Positions 1-8,047 are shown, counted from the first letter of the stretch. The stretch: DNA of 10,290 nt from Candidatus Hydrogenedens sp. (GCA_049968235.1 JBMFRC010000039.1:1-10290); one strand, 5' to 3'. The notes: a model not told the origin generated them from the letters alone. Translations and numbers: made by a program.

Positions 1-110
1 CTTCCACAGAACCTTCACCTTCAACAATACCTTCATGCACGCCTTCCGCAATGCCTTCATGCACGCCTTCCGCAGAACCTTCACCTTCAACAATACCTTC
101 TTGTTCCCCG
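1..110 (-). repeat. In-frame coding tandem repeats in the acidic tail of the GLUG protein. A 24-nt unit (8 aa, EGVHEGI[AV]) is nested in a 66-nt unit; the repeat may extend beyond the window edge.
   Basis: The identical 26-mer 'gaaccttcaccttcaacaataccttc' occurs at 10-35 and 76-101. The identical 20-mer 'cttcatgcacgccttccgca' occurs at 31-50 and 55-74. Both were read directly from the sequence. Confidence 0.7.
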
Positions 111-2110
111 TCAATATATCCTTCGCCTTCACAATTATCTTCACCTTCTAACTCACCTTCATAATCTCCCTGCCATCTCAATACCGGATATTCCAGCCCA
201 CGGCGCATATACCATACACTTACAAAATCCCAATTCATATAAAAAGTACTGCATTTCATTTCCTTCGTCATTAGCCCATATCCGCCATCAGAATTTTTTT
301 GCGTAGAGACATCCATATCCCAATAAACATTGGTATATGTTCCCTTCATATTGTAGCCATTAAATCCACCTACTGTTTGTAAATCCGTTCCTGTAGAAGT
401 CCCTTTTACAACACCCGCCGAGTAACATTTCGAAATATTTCCGGAATTTATACCCGAAAAACCTCCGGCATAGGCATAGGCTGTAACATTTGTAGTCGTG
501 TAGCAATTTGTGATTGTTCCTGCATTATTTCCGACAAAACCACCTACCATTTGTGAACCTCCAGAGTTTATAGTCCCCAAAGAGTAAGATTCCGAAATAG
601 AACCTTTACTCTGTCCTCCGACAAGTCCTCCAATATTAAAATCACCAACAATTTGAGCGTTTGTGCTACATGCAATTATAACTCCTCCTGCATTCTGTCC
701 GAGCAACCCGCCGATGGTGTCATAACCTTCTATCGTTCCCGCAAAACTGCAAAGAGATATAGAACCATTATCACTCCTTCCAATCAAACCACCGATATAT
801 ACATTCCCTCTAACCTGTCCACCAATCACCTTACAATTTTCGATAGTTCCCCCTTCGTTTCTTCCAACAATACTACCAACTTTCCAGTCCCCGGTTATTT
901 GGCAATCTTCAAATTGAAGCGAAGTAACCTTTCCCCCTGATACCAATCGACCTATCAGCCCAACATTATCCATGTCAGGACGATTAATATACAGACCTGT
1001 AATCTTATGTCCATCACCATTTATCTTCCCACAGAACTCAGAGATAGGTTCAAAACCTTTCTCCGAATTCAATAATTTTGTAGGACCTGCATCAATATCC
1101 GCTACAATTGTGTAATTTCCAAACCATGGATAATCCAGACTCTTACCAATTTGTTGTAACTCTTCCATAGTAGAGATAGAAATATTTTCTGGCTCCGGAA
1201 ATGTTACAGGGCCCAATACTTTTAGATAAGGATAATTGCTGGCTTTTGCCAATTCCCATATATTTACAAAATCCCAATCCTCATAGGTCGTTTCTCCTCC
1301 CATTTCTGTTGTTGTTTTCCCACTTCCTCCCGATGATGAACTCAAACCCGACCTATCTTTATCCCAATAACTTGATATAACCGTACCACTGTTGTTAACT
1401 CCTATCAACCCCCCATAACGAATAACACCTGCAACTTTTCCAACTGCATAAGTATTTTCAACTCTCCCCCCTTCATTTCTTCCGATTAAACCGCCAACCC
1501 ATGTATCGCCCTTAATATAACTCATCGAAAAACTATTCGTCACTTTTCCTTGATTTAATCCAATAAGTCCACCAACACTGTTAACCGCTTCTAAAATACC
1601 TCTGGAATAACACTTCTCTATCTTTCCTAAATTTTTACCTGCAATTCCACCGGCTTGTTCATTTCCAACAATTACATAATCCTCTACACCTAAATTTTCT
1701 ATTACCCCCGAAGTTCCAACCACTCCAAAGATACCGATATTACTTTCATCGGGACGATTTATATACACACCTCTTATTTTATGTCCATTGCCATCAAACT
1801 TGCCTGTAAAAGGTAAGAGATTATTCCCAACAGGTTCATAACCTTTCCCGTCATTCCATGTCTCACTTTCACTCAAATCCAAATCTGTATTAAGTATGTA
1901 ATTCCCGTTCAGGGGAAAATAGACTTCTTTACCTATCTTTAAAAATTTCTCAACAGTATCTATCAATATAGAATCATATAAAACTTGTGTCCTCATAAAC
2001 TGGTCTATCGTATTCAGACCTATCAAATCGGCATACGCAACTGAACTTATCAATGCTGTTATCAAAAGAAATAACAGAGTACTAAAACGGGAAAGGACAA
2101 ATTTGTTCAT
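1..2110 (-). CDS. Secreted GLUG motif-containing repeat protein (5' end and start codon at 2110; C-terminus continues past the window start). N-terminal Sec signal peptide, two tandem GLUG modules, acidic Glu/Gly-rich repeat tail.
   Basis: Manual reverse-strand translation from ATG at 2110 is open all the way to base 2 (about 703 codons). That explains the absence of any >=60 aa minus-strand ORF in the track, since the ORF is partial with no in-window stop. The N-terminus MNKFVLSRFSTLLFLLITALISSVAYA|DLIG has a positive n-region, a hydrophobic h-region and an AYA cleavage motif, so it is a Sec signal peptide. Two modules each begin with the GLUG hallmark: 'GYEPVGNNLLPFTGKFDGNGHKIRGVYINRPDESNIGIFGVVG' and 'GFEPISEFCGKINGDGHKITGLYINRPDMDNVGLIGRLVSG'. 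Each is followed by iterated GG(L/F)(I/V)G motifs (VGGLIGLNQG, WVGGLIGRNEGG, YGGLIGVNNSG, YIGGLIGRSDNG, IGGLLGQNAGG, IGGLVGGQSKG, VGGFVGNNAG, YAGGFSGINSG). Each ends in W-D-F-V..W...YPxL (YEDWDFVNIWELAKASNYPYLK; MNWDFVSVWYMRRGLEYPVLRW). The tail reads ...GDYEGELEGEDNCEGEEGYIDGEQEGIVEGEGSAEGVHEGIAEGVHEGIVEGEGSVE... A likely SD AAGGG sits about 11 nt upstream of the ATG. Confidence 0.82.
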   Translation of the reverse strand, partial: MNKFVLSRFSTLLFLLITALISSVAYADLIGLNTIDQFMRTQVLYDSILIDTVEKFLKIGKEVYFPLNGNYILNTDLDLSESETWNDGKGYEPVGNNLLPFTGKFDGNGHKIRGVYINRPDESNIGIFGVVGTSGVIENLGVEDYVIVGNEQAGGIAGKNLGKIEKCYSRGILEAVNSVGGLIGLNQGKVTNSFSMSYIKGDTWVGGLIGRNEGGRVENTYAVGKVAGVIRYGGLIGVNNSGTVISSYWDKDRSGLSSSSGGSGKTTTEMGGETTYEDWDFVNIWELAKASNYPYLKVLGPVTFPEPENISISTMEELQQIGKSLDYPWFGNYTIVADIDAGPTKLLNSEKGFEPISEFCGKINGDGHKITGLYINRPDMDNVGLIGRLVSGGKVTSLQFEDCQITGDWKVGSIVGRNEGGTIENCKVIGGQVRGNVYIGGLIGRSDNGSISLCSFAGTIEGYDTIGGLLGQNAGGVIIACSTNAQIVGDFNIGGLVGGQSKGSISESYSLGTINSGGSQMVGGFVGNNAGTITNCYTTTNVTAYAYAGGFSGINSGNISKCYSAGVVKGTSTGTDLQTVGGFNGYNMKGTYTNVYWDMDVSTQKNSDGGYGLMTKEMKCSTFYMNWDFVSVWYMRRGLEYPVLRWQGDYEGELEGEDNCEGEGYIDGEQEGIVEGEGSAEGVHEGIAEGVHEGIVEGEGSVE

Positions 2111-2173
2111 ATATAATACCCTTTTTATAGTTAACAAAAATTACTTTATTTCCAAATTTATTTTACACTTATT

Positions 2174-2203
2174 ATTATCTATCCTGTATGAAAGAAATTT
2201 CAA
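2174..2203 (-). promoter_or_regulatory. Candidate sigma70-like promoter for the GLUG gene (minus-strand -35 TTGAAA, 18-nt spacer, -10 GATAAT).
   Basis: The plus-strand hexamer 'tttcaa' at 2198-2203 is TTGAAA on the minus strand, and 'attatc' at 2174-2179 is GATAAT on the minus strand. They are 18 nt apart and about 65 nt upstream of the ATG at 2110, inside a 198-nt AT-rich divergent intergenic region. This is pattern-based only. Confidence 0.3.
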
Positions 2204-2210
2204 AAAATTT

Positions 2211-2246
2211 TTGACAGAATGAGAGCAAATTCAGAAGTATTATAAT
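2211..2246 (+). promoter_or_regulatory. Candidate promoter elements for the OppD-like gene. TTGACA and TATAAT are both perfect consensus hexamers, but the spacing is non-canonical.
   Basis: TTGACA at 2211-2216 and TATAAT at 2241-2246 (within tattataat) are 24 nt apart, whereas a canonical sigma70 spacer is 16-19 nt. The pairing is therefore uncertain, and either hexamer may pair with an unrecognised partner. The -10 lies about 62 nt upstream of the ATG at 2309, and an RBS-like AGG sits 6 nt before the ATG. Confidence 0.25.
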
Positions 2247-2308
2247 GGAAAAACATAAAAATGTTGTAAAATGATTACATAAACCTATCCGAAACATTCA
2301 GGATTCAT

Positions 2309-3316
2309 ATGAGTACAATTATTCAAAAACAAAAAAAATTGCTATCCATTAAAAATTTTACTATATGTCTCCATACAAGGCATGGAGATATTTTTCCTGT
2401 GCAGAATATTTCCTGTGGGATTGAAGAATATGAAATAATTGGAATTGTAGGAGAGTCCGGTTCCGGAAAAAGTGTCTTTGCCTTATCGCTTGCTTCCCTA
2501 TTACCTGAAGAGATGGTTCACATTGAAGCAGACGAAATAAAATTTTCCAAATACGATTTGAAAAAACTTTCTAAAAGGGAATGGCAAAAAATTCGGGGAG
2601 CAATGATAAGTTACGTTTTCCAGGATTCTTTGGTTGCACTCAATCCACACCTCACAGTAGGTTATCAGTTAATAGAACCCCTGCAAATCCATTATAACTA
2701 CTCTTCGGAAAAGGCAAAACAAATAGCAATAGAATATCTAAAAGCGGTGCAGATTCCCGACCCTGAATTACAGATAAGACGCTACCCGCATCATCTCTCC
2801 GGGGGAATGCGTCAGCGCATTGCAATAGCCATGGCTCTTATCTCAAAACCTAAACTTCTGATTGCTGATGAACCCACTACCGCTCTGGATGTTACTTTAC
2901 AAGCACAAACATTAAATTTGTTCAAAAAATTACATGAAGAAAAACCGTTTACAATGATAATTATCACTCACGACTTAAGTCTTGTTGCGGGACTTTGCCA
3001 TCGTGTCTGGATTATGTATGCAGGTAAAATTCTGGAAACTGCTCCTGCAGATAAACTCTTCCTGCATCCCCTTCATCCTTATACCCATGCTTTGCTTTCA
3101 TTAAAACGAAACATGGGTTCTCGTAAACGGTTGCAAAGTTTAGTCGGAAAACCACCCGATTTAAAAACTTTAACAACAAGATGTCCCTTTGCGGAGCGTT
3201 GTCCTTATGCTGTTGAAAAATGTTATGTTCAACCTTTTATCAGTACGGAGATGGAACCTCTCCATTCTACATCATGCTGGCGTATCATAAATCACGAAAT
3301 TGAGTTGGAGGTATAA
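2309..3316 (+). CDS. Oligopeptide/dipeptide-type ABC transporter ATP-binding protein (OppD/DppD family) with the Cys-containing oligopeptide-transporter C-terminal domain.
   Basis: 335-aa ORF. Walker A GESGSGKS; Q-loop region YVFQDS; ABC signature LSGGMRQR; Walker B LLIADEPTTALD; H-loop ITHDL. The C-terminal extension ...HPYTHALL...TTRCPFAERCPYAVEKCYVQ...STSCW is typical of the OppD/OppF C-terminal domain. The N-terminus (LLSIKNFTICLHTRHGDIFPVQNISCGIEEYEIIGIVGESGSGKS) fits the family. Confidence 0.88.
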   Translation: MSTIIQKQKKLLSIKNFTICLHTRHGDIFPVQNISCGIEEYEIIGIVGESGSGKSVFALSLASLLPEEMVHIEADEIKFSKYDLKKLSKREWQKIRGAMISYVFQDSLVALNPHLTVGYQLIEPLQIHYNYSSEKAKQIAIEYLKAVQIPDPELQIRRYPHHLSGGMRQRIAIAMALISKPKLLIADEPTTALDVTLQAQTLNLFKKLHEEKPFTMIIITHDLSLVAGLCHRVWIMYAGKILETAPADKLFLHPLHPYTHALLSLKRNMGSRKRLQSLVGKPPDLKTLTTRCPFAERCPYAVEKCYVQPFISTEMEPLHSTSCWRIINHEIELEV

Positions 3317-3352
3317 CTCCTCTGAAATTATTGCTCATCGGGCTGGTTATTT

Positions 3353-3373
3353 ATAGATATACACCATATCTAT
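3353..3373. terminator. Weak AT-rich hairpin in the convergent intergenic region between the OppD-like and DUF4340 genes. It is a possible, not convincing, bidirectional terminator.
   Basis: 'atagatat' (3353-3360), loop 'acacc', then 'atatctat' (3366-3373) form a perfect 8-bp inverted repeat. The stem is almost all A/T and there is no clear U-tract on either strand. Confidence 0.2.
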
Positions 3374-3407
3374 GATAAACCGCAGAATATATCCTAAATA
3401 CAACGGA

Positions 3408-5465
3408 CTAATTAGATATTCCTATAGGGACTTCTACCGATTTCGTTGTATTATCTGTGGACGGCTGTTGAGAAGGTTGTTCTACGGGTGGAGATGCAGT
3501 TCCTTCTTGAGGTTTTTGTTCGCTCTGCTGTTCGGTCCCTGCTGGAGATGCAGTCTCTTCTTGCGATTTCTGTTCGGTCTTCGTTTCTTCGGGTCGAGGC
3601 TCTCTTGCTTTATTTATATCATTTTTGATTTGTTCCCAACGTTCCTGAGCAATTTGAATAATGGCTTTATGTCGTGGAACAGTCGCAACTATTTTATCGG
3701 CTGGACCCTGTCCTATAGAAAAGTCCAGAGGTTCTGTATCGGTAATATTTATTCTCATAGTATATGTCGGGGTAAATGATTTCCAGTTCAGGTCAGGTCG
3801 AATATCTTCACCTTGTAGTCCACTGAGCCTACTTAACAAATCCATAACATTTGTATTTATCAGTTTCGTCTCTTTTCCATCTTGAGCTACCAATATCCAA
3901 TCGCCACCTTCTCCTTTCTTTAATGTTTGAACAACATCCCCTTCCTTTATCTCTACAGAAGTAACTTTATCGGTAGCAAAATCCAGAATCTTTAGTTCGT
4001 ACACATCACGAGGTTTTAACAAAATTTTATTTGCATCAATCCGATTCATTACCAATCGTATAGGTTTATCGTCAAGCGTTGCATACACACCATCAATAGA
4101 ACGGGCTGTTCCTGCTACCTTGAAAGTATGTTCTTCTTCACCTGCCTTAAACACGATTTTCTTATTAAATTCACCGACATCCACATCATTATCCGCATAA
4201 TCCGATGCCTTCCATGATGCTAACGCAGAAGTTAAAGTGTTCAATGTAGTTGCCTGAACATTCAAATCTATCACAGGTTCAATAACTTTCCAATCATTCC
4301 CGTCCTTTTGCACCACAACTTTTCCTTCAGGTTGTTCGATAGTAACTTGCTGGATTTTATCTTTATCAAGATTCAAAGAGGGTAGGTCAAATAAATCCTG
4401 TCCCTTCGGGAAAATTTGTTCAAATGTATATTTACTAACTTCATACACAATATCTTCAGAGTTACTGGCTACACGAATATAACCGTTTTGAGCAGGATTG
4501 GGTCTGCCGGCTTCTAAAACAACATCCGATTCCGCCTCTCTTGAAATCGTCAATTTAAATGTGGGCGTTTCAAGTCCCCAATCCGCTTTCTTTGCAGGGT
4601 CAACAATCGAAGATGCTGTCAGATTTGCAAAGCGTCCTAACAAATTTTGTAGACCTGTTTCTTTATGTTTTTCACCAGTCCCTCCCTGTACAAGAACCCA
4701 TTCATATTCCTTTTTCTTCGGTTGTGGTTCCCCTTCTTTAGAACCTTCTTTTGCCCCTTCGTTTGCATTCTCCGAAGTTTGTTCCTGAGGGACTTCTTTT
4801 TCTTTTCGTTCAAAAATTAATTTTTTATCGGGCATTTCATAAGCGAGCCGTGTAATCTTATCCTTTTCGACTTTCAATATATCTTTATCCAACCAGCGGT
4901 CAGGACCGGGTGCTTTACTTGTATCATCCCCATAGATACCTGCCTCCTGCCGGAAATTAACACCTCCATCATAAATCTTTCGTTCTCCAGCCTTACGAAC
5001 GAATGTCAGTTGATAATTTGGAGATTTACCTACTAACAGTCTTAAAGCAGGTTCCCCTTCAGCAGATGTGAAGACATCCAGATGAAATGCCTGGTCATCC
5101 TTCAAATTATAATCAGCCAATGCATCATCGGTCGGTACCTCTGCACGCATTTCACCTTGAAGTTTAACTATTTTATCCAGATAATCTTCTACCGTTTCCT
5201 TTTTCGCCGGTGAGTTAAAATGAGTGCTGACGCGCCATTTATCTCCCTCTTTTTTAAGGGTAACTTTTTCATCTATTTTCGCACCGGTATACAGGTCTAT
5301 ACGGACAATGTTATCGATTTTTAGACTTTCAGGTATTAGTTTTTCAAATTTTGCTTGCTCGATAATAGAAGGTCGTTCTGCCTTTTTTGCTTGCTTCATA
5401 AAAACAAGTGCTCCAAGAACAACAAGGATTACTACAAGGATTAAAATCATCTTTTTAATATCCAT
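3408..5465 (-). CDS. DUF4340 domain-containing protein, the N-terminally membrane-anchored third gene of the GldA/GldFG-like ABC operon, with a low-complexity Q/E/P/T-rich repeat C-terminus.
   Basis: 685-aa ORF. The N-terminal single TM anchor MDIKKMILILVVILVVLGALVFMKQAKK is followed by a long soluble region with periodic 'D/N-W...V' strand-like segments typical of DUF4340 proteins encoded directly downstream of GldG-family genes. A perfect SD AGGAGG sits 7 nt upstream of the ATG at 5465. The gene begins 50 nt downstream of the GldFG stop, on the same strand. Confidence 0.8.
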   Translation of the reverse strand: MDIKKMILILVVILVVLGALVFMKQAKKAERPSIIEQAKFEKLIPESLKIDNIVRIDLYTGAKIDEKVTLKKEGDKWRVSTHFNSPAKKETVEDYLDKIVKLQGEMRAEVPTDDALADYNLKDDQAFHLDVFTSAEGEPALRLLVGKSPNYQLTFVRKAGERKIYDGGVNFRQEAGIYGDDTSKAPGPDRWLDKDILKVEKDKITRLAYEMPDKKLIFERKEKEVPQEQTSENANEGAKEGSKEGEPQPKKKEYEWVLVQGGTGEKHKETGLQNLLGRFANLTASSIVDPAKKADWGLETPTFKLTISREAESDVVLEAGRPNPAQNGYIRVASNSEDIVYEVSKYTFEQIFPKGQDLFDLPSLNLDKDKIQQVTIEQPEGKVVVQKDGNDWKVIEPVIDLNVQATTLNTLTSALASWKASDYADNDVDVGEFNKKIVFKAGEEEHTFKVAGTARSIDGVYATLDDKPIRLVMNRIDANKILLKPRDVYELKILDFATDKVTSVEIKEGDVVQTLKKGEGGDWILVAQDGKETKLINTNVMDLLSRLSGLQGEDIRPDLNWKSFTPTYTMRINITDTEPLDFSIGQGPADKIVATVPRHKAIIQIAQERWEQIKNDINKAREPRPEETKTEQKSQEETASPAGTEQQSEQKPQEGTASPPVEQPSQQPSTDNTTKSVEVPIGISN
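3486..3592 (-). repeat. Imperfect 54-nt (18-aa) coding tandem repeat, two copies, in the 3' tail of the DUF4340 gene.
   Basis: 'ggagatgcagttccttcttgaggtttttgttcgctct' at 3490-3526 matches 'ggagatgcagtctcttcttgcgatttctgttcggtct' at 3544-3580 with a 54-nt period. On the minus strand it encodes ...TEQKSQEETASPAG / TEQQSEQKPQEGTASPPV... The same repetitiveness creates the spurious antisense ORFs 3372-3779 and 3446-3628. Confidence 0.65.
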
Positions 5466-5515
5466 AATTCAACCTCCTGAGACTGATTATCTAAATATTG
5501 TTTATTAACGATTTA

Positions 5516-8047
5516 TTAACGATTTGATTCCGCAGATGCGATTTGTGCCATCGTATATGCGAGACGGGAACGACGACGGATAAAGTAAACCGCCAATCCC
5601 ACACAGATTACAATTGCATTCGATAAGGTATAATTCACTGTCCGCCATAGCATTTTTTGACTATCTGTCGGTTTCTCAATAGTGCGGTCAATCGGCTTAC
5701 GACCTCTCACATTCACGAGGTCTTGAGTGAGCGAAACCGCATCAACACAGTTCAGGAACAAATCAAGATTGCCTGCCTGCAAGAAGTTTTTACGAAACAT
5801 TTCAGAACAACCCAACAAAATCATCTTGGCGGGTTTCGGCTCAATATTCCCTGCGGGAGGTTCCGGTTCCGAATCATCAGGTGGTGCAGGTTCACCCGGA
5901 CGCGTTTGTGGTTTAGGCCAGGCAGGTCTTTCTTTTCCTGCAAAGGCGTCCGGGAATTGCCCTTCTAACATTACCATTAAGGGATACTTCTTCCGTGCTG
6001 TTAGAGAGGGAGGTTCAAATGATTTCGCAGATAGTTTCTCATTTCCCGGAACTGTCCACGCTTTTTCACTGGTAAACATTAAAGGTTTATAGGTCAGCCC
6101 CAATTCTTTTAACTTTTGCTCATTTATCTCCAGATGCGTGCCCCATAGGTAAAACACAGCGGAGAGCCGATTGGTTATGGATGTCTCCTGGTCCATAGAT
6201 TCATGGGTTACTAAGATATGCATCGGTAAACGGAAGGGCTGTCCCACCAATTGAGACATCAGGTCTCCTCCCCCCTGAACATTCAGGGTAACGCTATTCT
6301 CATCCATCAGAATATCTTCACTTACTTTTAAGCCATAATTTTCAAGTAATGGATTAATTTCAGGCTTTTCCTCACGCTTGGACACCGTATTCCCACGAGG
6401 AGTTGCTCGATAATCCCATTCATAGGTCTGAACCGCAAGAACTACGGACTTACCGGAACGCAATGCCCGATTTATCTCCCAGCGTTGGCGGTCATTAAAA
6501 CTACGAGGATTTACAACAACTAATGTATCGTATTCCTCCGGTAAGGGACTTTCTTTCGTTAGCTCTACGCGACGAACATCATACTTCTCCTGTCGCAATA
6601 TTTCTTCAAGATATACATACGGGTCTTCACTCTGCGGGATTTGTTGCCCCATCTGCTGTAGCATCTGTCGCATCTGTGGGTCTATATTAATCGCCTCTTT
6701 TGGAGCCACTAATGCCACTATCGGTGCTTTCGTGCGGGTGAGTTTATACACGGTGCTCACTATGCGATATTCCAATTCCTGTATATTTTCCGGAACAATC
6801 TGAGGGATTATCTCTTCAGGTTTATCTTTATACGCTACGCCTATGGCAGAATAAACCAACTTATTCGTTACTTCATCCTGACTGATGGCACGAACATTGA
6901 ACGGCTTTACGCCTTTATCTAAAAGTCGCCGTTCTACGGTCTCTTCTTCCGTTTCATTCTTCTTCTTTTCCTGTGCAAATATCTCATCCTGGTCCGAAAA
7001 TAGATTAGACACATCCAGATAAATCGTTTTATAGTTTAATTTCCCGCCTGCAGAAATTTTTAATTCTTCAAGTTTATCTTTGATATTCTGTTCCATATCT
7101 TTCATTGCAGTGGGCATGCTTTCCTGTGGACTTATATAAACATTTACCTGCACAGGCACCTCTACCTGTCTTAATATCTTTGCAGATGATTCGGAAACCG
7201 TGTAGATTTTATCTTCGGTCAGGTCAAAACGCTTTAAACTTGTTCCTACCATTAAAAAGTTGAACATTAATCCAATAGCCACGCAAACTGCTACCGCTAC
7301 GGTAAACATCATTTTGGCACCAGGACGGTTCCTCTGGTCAATATACATAATATTCAATACAAGAAATAACACCGTCCAGACGAAGAAAAATATCACATCC
7401 GCAAGGTCAATTACCCCTTTGGTAAATGACCCAAAATGCTTAAAAACGCCTAAAAGATTAGAAAATAACGAACCCAGCCCGGGCAGTTTGTCATCAATAT
7501 AGGATGCAATAAAAGAAGTCCCTAATAAGAAAAGAAGCAAACAGGTCAGCAGGGTAATAACAAAGGCTACTATCTGGTCCTTACAAAAACCGGAGAAGAA
7601 AATACCCAGAGCAAGGAAACAACTTGCTAACAGTAATGTTCCAAAATAACCCCCAATAATAGCACCCATATCCGGATTGCCAAGGTTCTTTAACATAATG
7701 GGAACTGTGAAAGTCATCGCCAGTGAAATTGCAAACACTGTTAATGCGGATAAAAATTTTCCCAAAACCAGTTCACTGGCTTTCATGGGAAAAGTTAATA
7801 GCATCTCCCAGGTGTTTTCCTTGCGTTCCTCTGCCCATAAACGCATCGTTATTGCAGGGATAAATACACAAAGGATTAATGGGAGATTTTCAAAATAAGG
7901 ACGCATATCGGCTACCGGGAAACTGAAAAACGAAGTGATATACAGTCCCACACTGATAGTGATAAATACAATGATAAAAATATATCCAATAGGTGAAGTG
8001 AAATAAGAGGCTAAATCTCTACGATATATACATAAAATATTACGCAT
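5516..8047 (-). CDS. Fused ABC-2 family permease (GldF-like, about 6 TM, N-terminal ~260 aa) plus GldG-like ABC auxiliary component ('ABC-type uncharacterized transport system'), with a C-terminal TM anchor.
   Basis: 843-aa ORF. The N-terminus RDLASYFTSPIGYIFIIVF... is followed by multiple hydrophobic helices typical of ABC-2 permeases. Next comes a large, mostly soluble region, and the C-terminal hydrophobic segment WRTVNYTLSNAIVICVGLAVYFIRRR matches GldG topology. SD AAGGAGGG sits 6 nt upstream of the ATG at 8047. The start overlaps the upstream ATPase gene stop by 8 nt (ATGCGTAA), indicating translational coupling. Confidence 0.82.
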   Translation of the reverse strand: MRNILCIYRRDLASYFTSPIGYIFIIVFITISVGLYITSFFSFPVADMRPYFENLPLILCVFIPAITMRLWAEERKENTWEMLLTFPMKASELVLGKFLSALTVFAISLAMTFTVPIMLKNLGNPDMGAIIGGYFGTLLLASCFLALGIFFSGFCKDQIVAFVITLLTCLLLFLLGTSFIASYIDDKLPGLGSLFSNLLGVFKHFGSFTKGVIDLADVIFFFVWTVLFLVLNIMYIDQRNRPGAKMMFTVAVAVCVAIGLMFNFLMVGTSLKRFDLTEDKIYTVSESSAKILRQVEVPVQVNVYISPQESMPTAMKDMEQNIKDKLEELKISAGGKLNYKTIYLDVSNLFSDQDEIFAQEKKKNETEEETVERRLLDKGVKPFNVRAISQDEVTNKLVYSAIGVAYKDKPEEIIPQIVPENIQELEYRIVSTVYKLTRTKAPIVALVAPKEAINIDPQMRQMLQQMGQQIPQSEDPYVYLEEILRQEKYDVRRVELTKESPLPEEYDTLVVVNPRSFNDRQRWEINRALRSGKSVVLAVQTYEWDYRATPRGNTVSKREEKPEINPLLENYGLKVSEDILMDENSVTLNVQGGGDLMSQLVGQPFRLPMHILVTHESMDQETSITNRLSAVFYLWGTHLEINEQKLKELGLTYKPLMFTSEKAWTVPGNEKLSAKSFEPPSLTARKKYPLMVMLEGQFPDAFAGKERPAWPKPQTRPGEPAPPDDSEPEPPAGNIEPKPAKMILLGCSEMFRKNFLQAGNLDLFLNCVDAVSLTQDLVNVRGRKPIDRTIEKPTDSQKMLWRTVNYTLSNAIVICVGLAVYFIRRRSRLAYTMAQIASAESNR

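Noticed and set aside
653-940. 95-aa plus-strand ORF (MSVCATCNYNSSCIL...)
   Set aside because: It lies entirely antisense to the well-supported GLUG-domain CDS. The GGxxG-rich codon periodicity on the minus strand keeps antisense frames open. It has no RBS and a low-complexity S/N/T-rich product.
1409-1471. Two C6/G6 homopolymer tracts inside the GLUG CDS (1409-1414, 1466-1471) as possible phase-variation switches
   Set aside because: The tracts are short (6 nt) and encode conserved Gly-Gly of the GLUG repeats. Six-nucleotide runs are below the length usually associated with high-frequency slippage.
2211-2246. Perfect TTGACA ... TATAAT pair read as a canonical sigma70 promoter
   Set aside because: The spacer is 24 nt, versus 16-19 nt for a functional sigma70 promoter. 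The hexamers are reported individually as candidates only.
3372-3885. Plus-strand ORFs 3372-3779, 3446-3628 and 3661-3885
   Set aside because: They are antisense to the 3' end of the DUF4340 gene and are generated by the 54-nt tandem repeat. The products are R/F/L/C-rich low-complexity sequences. The first overlaps the convergent terminator region.
4498-5508. Plus-strand ORFs 4498-4788, 4559-4741 and 5224-5508
   Set aside because: They are antisense to the DUF4340 CDS. They have no SD and no recognisable motifs, and their composition is typical of shadow ORFs.
5657-7898. Plus-strand ORFs 5657-5968, 5727-6092, 7260-7502 and 7677-7898
   Set aside because: They are antisense to the 843-aa GldFG-like CDS, whose domain content is coherent along its full length. 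They overlap each other in different frames and have no RBS.
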